From Candidatus Magasanikiibacteriota bacterium (GTDB lineage: Bacteria; Patescibacteriota; Patescibacteriia; Magasanikbacterales; UBA922), in NCBI GenBank assembly GCA_003482855.1, contig DMXO01000002.1:112114-176113 (forward strand): a stretch of DNA of 64,000 nucleotides, given 5' to 3'. This document shows positions 50,307 through 61,585 of this stretch, piece by piece. The translations under genes were made by a program, and so were the position numbers. The notes under the pieces are model-generated. The model did no database searches, was not told the origin of the DNA, and worked only from the letters and a program-made list of their open reading frames with translations. Within the stretch, counting starts at the first letter, position 1, and the number at the start of each line of letters is the position of its first letter.

Positions 50307-51338
50307 TTAGCCAATATGATTATTCATCAACAGCATTTCCTTGTTGGCAAGTGTATAATCAATCGTGCGTTGTAATCCTTCCTCAAGTCTCACGAGAGGA
50401 ATCCAACCCAGCTGTTCTTTTGCACGGCGCAGGTCAGGCAGCCCTTTCTTGGTCAAAAATACCAAAGGATCTTCATACCGAATATGCGACAATGAATTGG
50501 TCATCTCAATAATTTTTTCTGCAACTTCTTGCATTCTATAGGGTTCATCAAGTCCTAAATTGACTATAGACATATCTGGATCAGTACCCATGAGACGCAC
50601 GAGACCATCTATCATATCAGATACAAAACATAATGATTGATGCAAACTTCCCTCACCGTAAATAACTAAATCTTTATTTTCAAGTGCATTCAAAATAAAA
50701 TCAGGTATAAGCAATCCGTCGCGCAATTTCATACGCGGACCGTATGTCGTGAATATACGTGCTATTTTGGCATCAAGCCCATATACTTGGCGATAGGTTT
50801 CTATACAGGTCTCAGCAAAACGTTTGCCCTCATCATAACAACCACGGGGAGACAGATGTTGAACAATACCCTCCTCATCTTCTGAAAAAATATGATCTTC
50901 TCCTGTGGGCTCGCCATATACAACAGAGCTTGAACCAAATACATATTTTGCTCGATAAACAACGGCCAAATCAAGCGTATTGAGCATGGCACGAGAATTT
51001 GCCCACAAGGAATGAATTTTCAAATCTTCAAAGTTTTTTGGGCTTGTAGGACATGCAAGGTGATATATTTCTTGAATTCCCTGAAATCTAACTTTGAATT
51101 TTTCAAGCTCAGGAAAACTATTGATGTCAATGGGTTGATTGACATCATATTTAATAAATTCAAAATCAGGATATTGCAACAAATGCTGAATATTTTGGAT
51201 ATGTGAATTTGACAAATCATCCATGCAAATCACTTTTGCCTCTTTGAGCAACCGTTCACATAGGTGGGAACCCAAAAAACCAGCCCCACCGGTTACGAGA
51301 ACATTCTTTTTTTCAAAAATAGGTGTATCTCCAATCAT
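50307..51338 (-). CDS. UDP-glucuronate decarboxylase-like NAD-dependent epimerase/dehydratase
   Basis: TGGAGFLGSHL, IYHLACPTSP, CYDEGKR and RIFTTYGPRM motifs. Confidence 0.88.
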   Translation of the reverse strand: MIGDTPIFEKKNVLVTGGAGFLGSHLCERLLKEAKVICMDDLSNSHIQNIQHLLQYPDFEFIKYDVNQPIDINSFPELEKFKVRFQGIQEIYHLACPTSPKNFEDLKIHSLWANSRAMLNTLDLAVVYRAKYVFGSSSVVYGEPTGEDHIFSEDEEGIVQHLSPRGCYDEGKRFAETCIETYRQVYGLDAKIARIFTTYGPRMKLRDGLLIPDFILNALENKDLVIYGEGSLHQSLCFVSDMIDGLVRLMGTDPDMSIVNLGLDEPYRMQEVAEKIIEMTNSLSHIRYEDPLVFLTKKGLPDLRRAKEQLGWIPLVRLEEGLQRTIDYTLANKEMLLMNNHIG

Positions 51339-51355
51339 ATAAATAGTATAAGGAA

Positions 51356-53401
51356 TTACAATTGAGTGACGAGTATTGGGCCACGATCCTTGCTATTGAG
51401 CGCCCACCACTCTTCTATGAGTCTGCCATAAGTATCAAATACGCGTACTGGCTGGCCGTTCACTTGTGGCGTTACTATAAGCTCATAGGTGCCATTATCA
51501 TCATAATCAAAAATATTCATAAATACCCCTTCTTTGTACTGTGGCAAATATACTCTAAAATCGCGAACAACTTCTCCGCTCTGTTCAATAATATAGGCAC
51601 GCGCTTGTTTGCCTACACGAGAATTGACTATATATTCATCTATACCGTCATTGTCTATATCCCCCACTATGATGCGATCACCTTTGACCCCATCGATAGA
51701 ATATACATCAATCGTATCAAATGAAGAACCTTCTATTCGTTCAACAAATGTACTACCATCATATATGTACGTAAGCACAACATCATAAATATCGCGTACC
51801 TCATCATATATAACATTCACCGAGGCGCCGTCATGTGATGTGTCTTCAATACTACGTAATGATTGACCATCGAGTGTATATACAGACACGTATGTCTCAC
51901 TTGCTTGCTTAGGAGATATAAGTACTTCAGATTCATAATCTCCAAGCACGTCCCCCGCTGTTATGTCATATATGCCATCTCCCTCAATAGACCACTTGTG
52001 AAGACGACCTAATTCATGATTATAAATACTAACAATTTTTTCATGAGGTGCTCCACTGCGAATAGTTACATAGCGTACAAGCCCATCGCGTGTAACAAAA
52101 CGTTCTATGTCTTCGACTCCTTCAAACGCAATACGTCTCACGATATCAGTCATTTCATTTCCATGTGTGCGGCGTTCATATTCACCAGTCAGTGGAGCCA
52201 AAAATATCATGCGACTTTGAGATTCACCACTCGCAGGTAGAGAAGGCCCTACAACTTGCTTGGATCTATCTTGCTTTTGACTATCTGTCTGCTGCCCGAG
52301 CGCGTACTCTATTGCCTTATCAATTTGAAGCAACCCTGCACCAAACAAATTGGCATATACCACTTCATCTTGACCCGGTGTGTGTTGCACTGTAGATGTC
52401 AATGCACGTATAAGCTCAGGTGCCTTCCATAGAGGTTGGAGGCTCTTGATAAGTGCTGCGGCACCACTCAAAAAAGGAGTTGCAAATGAAGTGCCATCCC
52501 ATCCTTCATCCACAGAATATGTATCATACAGTGCATCTAATGGGGAAAAAAACAATGTCGATTTGATACCAACACCAGGAGCTGTGATATCTATACATTG
52601 TGATCCAGAATTAGAAAAAATAGCCAAATGATGTCCTTCGTCAATAGCGCTCACCCCGACAACTTTCTCAATCGTTGTGTCATTATCTGCGCAAATAGGA
52701 TATCTTGGAGACTCATTCAAATAAGTCAAATTGTTGCCCGCTGCAGCAGCAACAAAAACACCGTGATCATATGCATAGGTAACTGCTTCAATTACATCAT
52801 CCACTTCTCCACTCCCTACCATGCTGACATTGATGACATCAGCGCCATTGTCTACCGCATAATATATTGCCTCAGCGAGAGGAGCTAGATCTCCCACACC
52901 ATCATTCCCAAGAACCTTGAGATTCATAAGTTTTACATCCCAGTTCACGCCAGCACCATCACGTCCATTATTGCCTTTTGCACCAATAATACCAGCTACA
53001 ATAGTACCATGATTATAGATACCTTCTTCTTGTGAAGCAGCATCTAGACCCAATACATCAGGACGAGGATCATTGGTATAATCGAGAAAATTCCATCCAT
53101 ATACATCATCCACATACCCATTATGGTCATCATCCAATTTATTATCGGGAATTTCGCTCTCGTTCTTCCATACATTATCGCGCAAATCTGGATGAAACAT
53201 GTCAAAACCATTGTCTATCACAGCCACAACAACGTCTTTGGATCCTGTGGTCTTGTCCCATGCATCATATATACCCAAATCATTATACGCCCACTGAAGT
53301 GCATATGGATCATTGGGAATTTTTGCCATTGCAGGAAAAGGGAAATACGCACTAATTATAATCAAAATAAGAAAAATGTATGCATGAATTTTTTTAAACA
53401 T
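51356..53401 (-). CDS. Secreted subtilisin-like S8 serine peptidase with C-terminal FG-GAP-like repeats
   Basis: AVIDNG, HGTIVAG and GTSFATP catalytic triad; GDIDNDGIDE repeats. Confidence 0.92.
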   Translation of the reverse strand: MFKKIHAYIFLILIIISAYFPFPAMAKIPNDPYALQWAYNDLGIYDAWDKTTGSKDVVVAVIDNGFDMFHPDLRDNVWKNESEIPDNKLDDDHNGYVDDVYGWNFLDYTNDPRPDVLGLDAASQEEGIYNHGTIVAGIIGAKGNNGRDGAGVNWDVKLMNLKVLGNDGVGDLAPLAEAIYYAVDNGADVINVSMVGSGEVDDVIEAVTYAYDHGVFVAAAAGNNLTYLNESPRYPICADNDTTIEKVVGVSAIDEGHHLAIFSNSGSQCIDITAPGVGIKSTLFFSPLDALYDTYSVDEGWDGTSFATPFLSGAAALIKSLQPLWKAPELIRALTSTVQHTPGQDEVVYANLFGAGLLQIDKAIEYALGQQTDSQKQDRSKQVVGPSLPASGESQSRMIFLAPLTGEYERRTHGNEMTDIVRRIAFEGVEDIERFVTRDGLVRYVTIRSGAPHEKIVSIYNHELGRLHKWSIEGDGIYDITAGDVLGDYESEVLISPKQASETYVSVYTLDGQSLRSIEDTSHDGASVNVIYDEVRDIYDVVLTYIYDGSTFVERIEGSSFDTIDVYSIDGVKGDRIIVGDIDNDGIDEYIVNSRVGKQARAYIIEQSGEVVRDFRVYLPQYKEGVFMNIFDYDDNGTYELIVTPQVNGQPVRVFDTYGRLIEEWWALNSKDRGPILVTQL

Positions 53402-53491
53402 AGGTATACAACACTTGTTTTTTTGTGTTTATTATGCTATAAATTATATGAACTTAGTATATCAATTTATATAAACTTAATCAACATAAGC

Positions 53492-54880
53492 ATGAAATAC
53501 ATGTACCGGTTCAAACAGCTCATCCTAGCGAGTGGTGACCTCATCGCTTTTTTCAGCGGATTTTTGCTGAGCCTTATCACACGATCTGTTGCACTCCCAT
53601 CAGTGGCGCAAGTCACATCAAACATGACACTATTCTTTTTTGTGTTTTTGTTCTGGATAGTTGCCAATTACATCAATGGCCTGTATGACTTGAAGCTTAT
53701 CCGAGATGCTGGATTATACAAACGCATTATCCAGACAAGCATCTTTTCTCTTGCTGTAGGTGTTATATTTTTTTATATCACACCAAATCGTTACATCACA
53801 CCGAAAACAATTCTTATATTATCCGTCATATTTGGATATATGTTTGCCTATGTATGGCGTGTTATTTACAATGCCGTCATAGGAGAAAAAACTCTGCAAA
53901 CCAATATCATGTTCCTTGGCTACTCAGCCGAAACTGCTGAATTACTCAATATATTACGCAAAGAAACTAATCTTGGTTACCATGTAGTCGCTCTCATTGA
54001 CCCTGAACACCTTGCAAAAACATCGGACCACCCAAACATAAAAATAATTGATGATATCAATCAGATAGACACTATTGCACAGACATACCATGTCACGACC
54101 ATAGTCACGTCTCCACACCTCGAGATGTATGAAGAAATAACAAAAAAAATATACTCACTACTCTTTTCTACAGTGAGTATTATTGATCTTACATCTTTTT
54201 ATGAGACACTCACCGGTCGTATACCTCCTACAACCTTTTCAGAAGGCTGGTTTATAAAAAACATACGCAGTTCTGAACATATTGTGTATGACAAACTCAG
54301 AAGACTCACAGATATTATTGCGGCCATAGCGCTCGGCGTAGTCCTCCTTATTACATCACCTATTATCATCCCTCTTATTCATTACACATCTCAAGGGCCT
54401 GTCATATTTAGACAAAAAAGAATAGGAAAAAATGGATACATATTCTGGATATATAAATTCAGAACCATGTATGCGCTCGCTGCAGACGGAAGCGCAGAAA
54501 CGCAGGGAGCACAATTCGCTGAAAAAGATGATGAACGAATTACAAAGATAGGAAAATTATTACGCAAAACACGGCTTGATGAAATACCCCAAGTATGGAA
54601 TCTCCTCAAAGGAGATGTAACACTTATAGGACCTCGGCCAGAACGACCGGAAATCGTACAAAAACTTGAAGCACACATGCCCTATTATGCGCTACGCCAC
54701 ATGGTGAAACCGGGCATCACCGGTTGGGCTGCTGTACACCAACATTATACAGATACACTCGAAACATCGTTACAAAAACTGCAGTACGATTTATATTATA
54801 TAAAAAACAAATCCTGGTTATTGGATTTGTCTATCATACTCAAAACGATAAATGTAGTATTGAGAGGGATGGGACAGTAA
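53492..54880 (+). CDS. Polyprenyl glycosylphosphotransferase (bacterial sugar transferase)
   Basis: KFRTM, D.RIT, LRKTRLDEIPQ, GPRPE, KPGITGWA and YDLYYI motifs. Likely start is MKYMYRF. Confidence 0.93.
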   Translation: MKYMYRFKQLILASGDLIAFFSGFLLSLITRSVALPSVAQVTSNMTLFFFVFLFWIVANYINGLYDLKLIRDAGLYKRIIQTSIFSLAVGVIFFYITPNRYITPKTILILSVIFGYMFAYVWRVIYNAVIGEKTLQTNIMFLGYSAETAELLNILRKETNLGYHVVALIDPEHLAKTSDHPNIKIIDDINQIDTIAQTYHVTTIVTSPHLEMYEEITKKIYSLLFSTVSIIDLTSFYETLTGRIPPTTFSEGWFIKNIRSSEHIVYDKLRRLTDIIAAIALGVVLLITSPIIIPLIHYTSQGPVIFRQKRIGKNGYIFWIYKFRTMYALAADGSAETQGAQFAEKDDERITKIGKLLRKTRLDEIPQVWNLLKGDVTLIGPRPERPEIVQKLEAHMPYYALRHMVKPGITGWAAVHQHYTDTLETSLQKLQYDLYYIKNKSWLLDLSIILKTINVVLRGMGQ

Positions 54881-54907
54881 AATCCCCCATTAGAATAAAA
54901 AGTTGTC

Positions 54908-55957
54908 ATGAAAGAACGCGACTTTCCAATTGATTTCCTGAGAACACTAGGGTTGTTTGCGATAATCTTGGCACATGTTTCTCCACCTGCTCTTATTTCC
55001 CAATTAAGAAGTTTTGACGTTCCTCTCATGGTGGTAATATCTGGTTACGTATTTGCCATAACAAAGCCAACTTCTGAAAATACATTCAAATTAATTCCTT
55101 ATGTTAAAAATCGCTTTGTTAGACTCGCTATCCCTGTCTGGATTTTTTTGTCATTTTTTTTCATCCTTGTCTTTATATCATCGCACGTATTAAACATACC
55201 TTTTCCCTTTGGTGGAGCAAAGATACTATCAAGCTATTTGTTATGGAATGGCATCGGATACGTGTGGATAATTAGAGTATTCTTGATGATAGCAATATGT
55301 GGTCCTCTTTTTATAAAAAAAATAGAAAAATTTAAAAATAAACTACACATCATTGCCATCTTGTATGTCTCATATGAAATAATATTTCTTTTATACACAA
55401 AAATATATTTCAAACTCAATGACAATTTAAACCTTATACTTATTGGAACATTATTTTACCTTATACCCTATTTACTATTTTTTACTTATGGAACATTTTT
55501 TAGACAGATGAAAAAAAATACAACCTCATCTATTATTTTAATATTGGTCATCACACTAGTTGTTGGGATATGGTACACATACGACAAAAACGGCGTACTC
55601 CTTGACATCAGACGTTTCAAGTATCCGCCAACTTCTTTTTACACCACATACGCTATATTAATATCAACCCTGCTATTAAAATATATAAACATTTTTGAAA
55701 AAATAAAGTCTATCAAATCCCGCACATTAATACACTTTATAGGGTCGTCGACGTTATGGATATACTTGTGGCATATTCCTATTGTCCTTTTTCTACACTT
55801 TGCGGAATTCAATTATATTTTTATTAAATATATACTCGTCATCTGTCTTTCTATATGTATCACTTTTATACAACAAAAATTTCTTTATTTTTTGCTGACC
55901 AAAAATAAACTACTAAAAAGCAGAGAAAAACTACTAAAAATCATATTTACTGGATGA
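54908..55957 (+). CDS. Acyltransferase family 3
   Basis: IDFLR...AH, VPLMVVISGY, RFVRL and IYLWH motifs; multi-TM. Confidence 0.85.
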   Translation: MKERDFPIDFLRTLGLFAIILAHVSPPALISQLRSFDVPLMVVISGYVFAITKPTSENTFKLIPYVKNRFVRLAIPVWIFLSFFFILVFISSHVLNIPFPFGGAKILSSYLLWNGIGYVWIIRVFLMIAICGPLFIKKIEKFKNKLHIIAILYVSYEIIFLLYTKIYFKLNDNLNLILIGTLFYLIPYLLFFTYGTFFRQMKKNTTSSIILILVITLVVGIWYTYDKNGVLLDIRRFKYPPTSFYTTYAILISTLLLKYINIFEKIKSIKSRTLIHFIGSSTLWIYLWHIPIVLFLHFAEFNYIFIKYILVICLSICITFIQQKFLYFLLTKNKLLKSREKLLKIIFTG

Positions 55958-56049
55958 ATGTATTCAAACCAGCCTATCAAAAAGAGCATATATGTATCAT
56001 GCTCTTTTTTTATATATATCTTATTATTTCTAGATATTCTTGGCTTGAA

Positions 56050-56973
56050 TCAGCCTACTACCCCCCACCCAATTTTGAGCTCCCTAATCCCATCTTCGAG
56101 ATTAATCTTTGGCTCCCAACCAAGGAGCTGTTTTGCTTTTGTGTTGTCTGCTTCTGTATAGCGTACGTCACCTGGACGCTCCTCTACGTGTACAAAATTA
56201 CCACCCATCAATTTTACAATGTCATTCACTGAATATGGATTTTTATTCCCAATATTAATTGTTTCTCCGTTCCCCACGCTGTCTTTTGTCATAGCAAGGA
56301 TATTTGCTCTTACAACATCTGATACATGGGTATAATCGCGATAATATTCCCCATCACCGCATACGGTCATCTTTTCCCCATGTTTAAGTTGTTTCAAAAA
56401 TTTTGCTATGACCAATGCATATGCACCGTCAGGATCAGCATAGGGACCATACACATTGAAATAAATTAGGCTAACCGTTTCAAGATTGTACAACTCTGAA
56501 AAAATTCTACAGTAATGCTCTCCTATGTATTTATGCAATGCATAGGGCGCAATTGGTCTTTTGACAATACCATCTTCCACCAGAGGATATGCTTCACGTG
56601 GTTGGTCACCATATGTCGAAGACGAAGACGAAAATACTACTCGTTTTACGCCATTATCCCGCGCGGCAAGCAATACATTGAGTGTGCCATTGACATTCAC
56701 GTCATGTGTTTCTTGTGGATGCTCTACAGAAAATGTTACCCGAGGCAGAGCAGCCATATGAAATATTCCATCTATGCTCTGCATTGCGCTATTGAGATCA
56801 TCCATCTTGCGGATGTCCCCATCGATATATTCAGCGCCATTCTGAAATCGTTCTTCTTTTTTACCACCAGCATAATTATCCAAAACACGAACTTGGTGCC
56901 CTTCAGCGAGCAATTGTTTTGTCAAATTTGTCCCTATGAATCCGGCACCCCCGGTAACAAGATAATGTGACAT
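56050..56973 (-). CDS. NAD-dependent epimerase/dehydratase (UDP-sugar 4-epimerase-like)
   Basis: TGGAGFIG, SSSSTYG, YALHK, YFNVYGP and RDYTHVSD motifs. Confidence 0.92.
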   Translation of the reverse strand: MSHYLVTGGAGFIGTNLTKQLLAEGHQVRVLDNYAGGKKEERFQNGAEYIDGDIRKMDDLNSAMQSIDGIFHMAALPRVTFSVEHPQETHDVNVNGTLNVLLAARDNGVKRVVFSSSSSTYGDQPREAYPLVEDGIVKRPIAPYALHKYIGEHYCRIFSELYNLETVSLIYFNVYGPYADPDGAYALVIAKFLKQLKHGEKMTVCGDGEYYRDYTHVSDVVRANILAMTKDSVGNGETINIGNKNPYSVNDIVKLMGGNFVHVEERPGDVRYTEADNTKAKQLLGWEPKINLEDGIRELKIGWGVVG

Positions 56974-56977
56974 ACGT

Positions 56978-58366
56978 TTATTTTTTACCTTTTAAAAATG
57001 GAGAGCCGATGGCAATAATATCAAATCCTGCTTTTTGCAAATCAATATATCGATGCTGTAACATTCTGCGTCCATCCATAATAAGAGGCTTGTGCTTTAA
57101 TTCAGTAATAATACTATCACCTAATCCTCTAAATTGAGGCCAGTCAGTTGCTATAATAATAACATCAGCATCTTTTACTGCGTCAAATTCATGATTAAAA
57201 TAATGATACTGTTCGTTTTCTGGAAAGACAAGCTTGAAGTTGTCCATTGCCGCAGGGTCATATATATATATATTCTTTACAAGACGCTCCTGTAAATAAT
57301 AACAGATATCAATACTAGGAGAATTACGTATATCATTAGTATCACGCTTGAATGCTGTACCAACAAGTGCCACCGTCTTTCCTTCCCACTCAAAATCTGC
57401 CTCTTTTTCTGCACGTCCAATAAACGTTTCCAGCTGTCGCTTATTTGCCACATAGGTTTCGTTCACTAGAACTGCTCCATACCCCGCAGTCTGTAGTTGA
57501 TGAGACAGAGAGCGTGCATCTTTTATAAAGCAACTTCCACCTGCATACAAACTATCATACAACCCCCATGAACCTATACGTGGGTCACTACTCAAAACCT
57601 TTCGTATTTGTTCATAACTTATATTATCAAAAGCCTCGCATGTACGACCGATGACATCAAACGTAATAGCAAGCTTATTGAACAGTGTGTAATTAGCAAG
57701 CAACTTTCCTGCAGCGGCTTCCTTGGGATTTACTTCTATATATTGTACAGTCGGGGAGTCATAGAATCGCTGATACATACGGCGCATTATCTCAAAATCT
57801 TTTTCGTGCCACGCGCCTACAACGACTCTGTCTGGACTCAGTGATCCCTCTATGGCTTTGCCCTCTACCAAGAATTCTGGATTTGAAACCACACCATAAT
57901 TTTTTACTCCTGCCCTATCCATAATTTCCTGTGTCTTATCTACCATATCAATTGGCACAGTACTTTTGTTGACAATAACTACATATTTTTCCTGCATACC
58001 GCTGTTGCGTCTTGCAAGGACAGACCCAATCTTTTCGGCAGCATCAAAATAATACGTCAAATTGCTTTCTCCAGTCTCTCCTATCTCTGGGGTAGGAAGA
58101 CACATAAAAACTCCATCACATACATCAAGGAAGCCTTCTACCTTAGAATAATCTGTGGTGAAATCAATACGTCCTTGATTACGGACAAGGAGATCTCCAA
58201 GACCTTTTTCAAATAAACAAGACTCTATGGTATCACGATCTCCGGAAGAAAGCATGTCGATCTTTTTTTTATCAACATCATAAACAAGAACGTTGTGCCC
58301 GCTCGCGGCCGATACTGCTGCAGAACATGCACCGACAAAACCAGAGCCGATATATAAGATGTTCAT
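56978..58366 (-). CDS. ugd: UDP-glucose/GDP-mannose dehydrogenase family
   Basis: GSGFVG, KSTVP, SNPEFL.EG, GGSCFIKD, AFKRDTNDIRNSP and DGR motifs. Confidence 0.92.
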   Translation of the reverse strand: MNILYIGSGFVGACSAAVSAASGHNVLVYDVDKKKIDMLSSGDRDTIESCLFEKGLGDLLVRNQGRIDFTTDYSKVEGFLDVCDGVFMCLPTPEIGETGESNLTYYFDAAEKIGSVLARRNSGMQEKYVVIVNKSTVPIDMVDKTQEIMDRAGVKNYGVVSNPEFLVEGKAIEGSLSPDRVVVGAWHEKDFEIMRRMYQRFYDSPTVQYIEVNPKEAAAGKLLANYTLFNKLAITFDVIGRTCEAFDNISYEQIRKVLSSDPRIGSWGLYDSLYAGGSCFIKDARSLSHQLQTAGYGAVLVNETYVANKRQLETFIGRAEKEADFEWEGKTVALVGTAFKRDTNDIRNSPSIDICYYLQERLVKNIYIYDPAAMDNFKLVFPENEQYHYFNHEFDAVKDADVIIIATDWPQFRGLGDSIITELKHKPLIMDGRRMLQHRYIDLQKAGFDIIAIGSPFLKGKK

Positions 58367-58374
58367 AAATAATG

Positions 58375-59466
58375 TTAGCTAAGTTTGAGTATATAGTTTA
58401 GCTGATCAGACATGACTTTGCAAGTATAACGCTCCAAAACTAATTTATGACCCTGTATTGCTATTTTTTTTGCTAAATCTTCATTATTTTTTAATAAATC
58501 AATTTTTTTACGCAAATCTTCTACAGATCCTGGGGTATAGAAAAGACAATGTATCTCATCTTCAAAAAGTTCTCTAAATGGTGGTGCGTCAGACACTATA
58601 ACTGGTCTTCCACACGCAAGCGCCTGCAAAACGCAACTAAGACCGGAAGACTCTGTTTGTAATGGGAAGCTAGGTATAACCACTATGGTAGACTGTGAAT
58701 AACAAGTTCGTACCTCAGCATTTGATATTCCCGAAAGTATAGTAATATATTTTTTTTCTTGATCATACTCAACATGTTTATTTGTAATAAACACCGCCTT
58801 TTCATCGTATCGAAGTGCCCCTATCAGCGTAGCGAAATCTCGATTCATATCATTTCCGATCGACATAATATTATAAATCACGTCGTGACGTTCCTGTACC
58901 CAAAAACTGGTGTCTATACCAAAATACCATGTATATATCTTTTTACGATCTAATTTAAATTTTAGAGCCAACGTATCTGACGCAACTTCCGAAAGGGTGA
59001 GTATGGAGTTCGCTTGTCTGAGTAATGCGGACACAAACCATCTGAGCGGTTGGATATGTTCAAAATACTTAATACGCTCAGAAAAACTCATTACTATCGC
59101 ATGAATTTTTTTACCCTTCAACGCGCCACATAGCCTCCAGAACAATATGCCTACTGATACTTGATCATAGGTACATACTATCTCATCAGCCCACAGTAGA
59201 TCTTTCCTGTATTTCAAATATATGTCGAGCGGCAGACCAATACGAGTATATTTTGCAAATGCCACTTCAAAAAACCATGTAAATCTGCGAATACCTGTGC
59301 GTTTGCCAAAGCGAGGGGCATTTATAAAACGTACCTCATATTTCGTCCGATCAAGATCTTTCATACCCCACAAAAACTCTGAAGGTTCACTCACTTTTTC
59401 GTCATTAATAAGACCAATATTTTCCATCGGCGTCCGAAATACAAATAATATCTTAATTTTGCCCAT
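58375..59466 (-). CDS. Glycosyltransferase family 4
   Basis: FGIDTSFW, NRDFATL and SGLSCVLQALACGRPVIVS motifs. Confidence 0.85.
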   Translation of the reverse strand: MGKIKILFVFRTPMENIGLINDEKVSEPSEFLWGMKDLDRTKYEVRFINAPRFGKRTGIRRFTWFFEVAFAKYTRIGLPLDIYLKYRKDLLWADEIVCTYDQVSVGILFWRLCGALKGKKIHAIVMSFSERIKYFEHIQPLRWFVSALLRQANSILTLSEVASDTLALKFKLDRKKIYTWYFGIDTSFWVQERHDVIYNIMSIGNDMNRDFATLIGALRYDEKAVFITNKHVEYDQEKKYITILSGISNAEVRTCYSQSTIVVIPSFPLQTESSGLSCVLQALACGRPVIVSDAPPFRELFEDEIHCLFYTPGSVEDLRKKIDLLKNNEDLAKKIAIQGHKLVLERYTCKVMSDQLNYILKLS

Positions 59467-59467
59467 A

Positions 59468-61201
59468 TTAATAATTTATATGCGTGCGATTCTGATCAAA
59501 CCACCAAGCAAACACAAGCAATTTCCAATACATGAGCCTATATATATGCGCATTATCTAACACATATGTAACGAAGTCTGTATTGACAAATGGACAATCT
59601 TTGAGTGTTCTCTTTATGTATATAACTTTGTCACTCGACAAAAGTGTATGTACAGGCCTAACAAAGCCTTGTTTTTTTCTCGTCAAAATATACCCTGGTA
59701 TTTTATCTGACATGAATGAACGTAATACCGCCTTCCCCTGTGGATGAGACAGATGTACCTTATGATCTATAGATAAAGCAAACTCTACCATGGGACGATA
59801 ACAAAAAGGAGCGCGCATTTCGATAGAATGTAACATACTCATAGCATCGGTTTTTCTCAAATAATAATCTGGTAGTGTATGCTTTAAATCAAACATACGC
59901 ATCTGCAACGATGGGGTACTATAATATATGTCATCAAGCAGAGCAAGAGATGCTTCATCATAATTATTGACAATGTTTAATAATTTCTTGTCAAAACCAA
60001 AATAATATTTCAATATCCAATCTTTTTGAAAACTACGAATTATGCGTACCCACGCTTGTTTTCTATATAACTGTATATATTTCGTATAGCCAAAAAATGT
60101 CTCATCCGCTCCATCGCCACCAAGAACAACTTTGACATGTTCTGATGTTTCTTTGGCTATCAATGAGTTGGCTATACTGGCTGGGTCAGCAAAAGGCTCA
60201 TCAAAGTACAGCATACTTTCTTGTGCATGTTCTATAAAATCTTTGGCAGTAACTGAAAGTTCTGTATGGTGCGTCCCAAAATGGCGGGCAACTCTACGAG
60301 CAAATAATATATCTTCATCAACATTTTTTCCATCTTTCACATAAACAGTAAAAGTATTTACATCCTGTATATTTTGCTTTATAGCCCATAAAATGCTAGA
60401 AGAGTCTAATCCCCCACTTAATAATGCTCCTATGGGAACATCCGAGATTAAATGATCTTTTACAGATTGGACAAAAATATGTGATAAAGTTTTTGTTGCT
60501 TCATCTAAAGTTTTTATGGTTGGATTATATTTAGGCTCCCAGTATAATTCTTGAGTTACATCCAACGATGAGCTATTCATACGCATGAACAGATAATGAC
60601 CAGCCTCTAACTTTAGAATATTTTTATAAATAGTTCGCGGGGCTGGGATAAATTTATAAGTGAAAAAGTCTGATAATGCAACAAGATCCACTTCCTGTGG
60701 AATTTCGAGCAGTGCTAAGATTGCTTTAAGTTCTGAAGCGAAATAAAATGTATGATCATCATAGGCATAGACAACCGGCTTCATACCAATAGGATCCCGA
60801 GCAACAAAAAGTGTCTCTTTTTGAGTATCATATATTGCAAAAGCAAACATGCCTTCCACATGTTTTAACATATCTACTCCATACACATGATATGCAGCCA
60901 ACAACACTTCTGTGTCTGACTGAGTAACAAAACGATATGAAAAAGATAATTGTTGCTTTAAAACTTTGTAATTATATAACTCACCATTATATACAATTGT
61001 GTATCTTCCATCATATGAGGACATCGGCTGTGTCCCTGTTTTCAAATCTATAATACTTAAACGAGTGTGACCGAGCACACAATGTTTATATCCAACAGTG
61101 GACTGCCCATCTGGTCCCCTCTTATTAAGATATTGCATTACTTTGTCCAACTTTTCTTTCTGTAAGTTTTGAGAGCTAAAGACTCCTGTAATACCACACA
61201 T
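59468..61201 (-). CDS. asnB: Asparagine synthase (glutamine-hydrolysing) family amidotransferase
   Basis: MCGI, RGPD, RLSIID, NGELYN, SGGLDSS and GDGADE motifs. Confidence 0.93.
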   Translation of the reverse strand: MCGITGVFSSQNLQKEKLDKVMQYLNKRGPDGQSTVGYKHCVLGHTRLSIIDLKTGTQPMSSYDGRYTIVYNGELYNYKVLKQQLSFSYRFVTQSDTEVLLAAYHVYGVDMLKHVEGMFAFAIYDTQKETLFVARDPIGMKPVVYAYDDHTFYFASELKAILALLEIPQEVDLVALSDFFTYKFIPAPRTIYKNILKLEAGHYLFMRMNSSSLDVTQELYWEPKYNPTIKTLDEATKTLSHIFVQSVKDHLISDVPIGALLSGGLDSSSILWAIKQNIQDVNTFTVYVKDGKNVDEDILFARRVARHFGTHHTELSVTAKDFIEHAQESMLYFDEPFADPASIANSLIAKETSEHVKVVLGGDGADETFFGYTKYIQLYRKQAWVRIIRSFQKDWILKYYFGFDKKLLNIVNNYDEASLALLDDIYYSTPSLQMRMFDLKHTLPDYYLRKTDAMSMLHSIEMRAPFCYRPMVEFALSIDHKVHLSHPQGKAVLRSFMSDKIPGYILTRKKQGFVRPVHTLLSSDKVIYIKRTLKDCPFVNTDFVTYVLDNAHIYRLMYWKLLVFAWWFDQNRTHINY

Positions 61202-61204
61202 AGA

Positions 61205-61585
61205 TTATTCAAAAGACCAATATTTATGACTAAAAAAAGAAACGGGGGCTATAAAGGCCAAAATAAAAAATTGACTGATCCCAGCACGAAACATCAATAT
61301 ATCAACACATATATATAACAACACATAATTTAAACCAAATACTATTATATACACCAAGACAAACTTACTAAATGCCCTTCTGTGTGTAGTCCTACTATGA
61401 AATGTTAGGTAACGATTCCACACATAGGAATTAATAGTACCAAATATATATTCAGCCACAAGCGCATATACATATGAGATAGACAATATATAAAGAGATC
61501 CCAAATAAACTCCATAAGCAAGCAAGGTATTAAAACCACCAATTAAAATAAATAGTATAAATTGTCTATTCAAAAAATATTTCAT
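61205..61585 (-). CDS. GtrA family protein
   Basis: FILIGGFNT, NRYLTF, HKYWSF; four TM segments. Confidence 0.88.
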   Translation of the reverse strand: MKYFLNRQFILFILIGGFNTLLAYGVYLGSLYILSISYVYALVAEYIFGTINSYVWNRYLTFHSRTTHRRAFSKFVLVYIIVFGLNYVLLYICVDILMFRAGISQFFILAFIAPVSFFSHKYWSFE

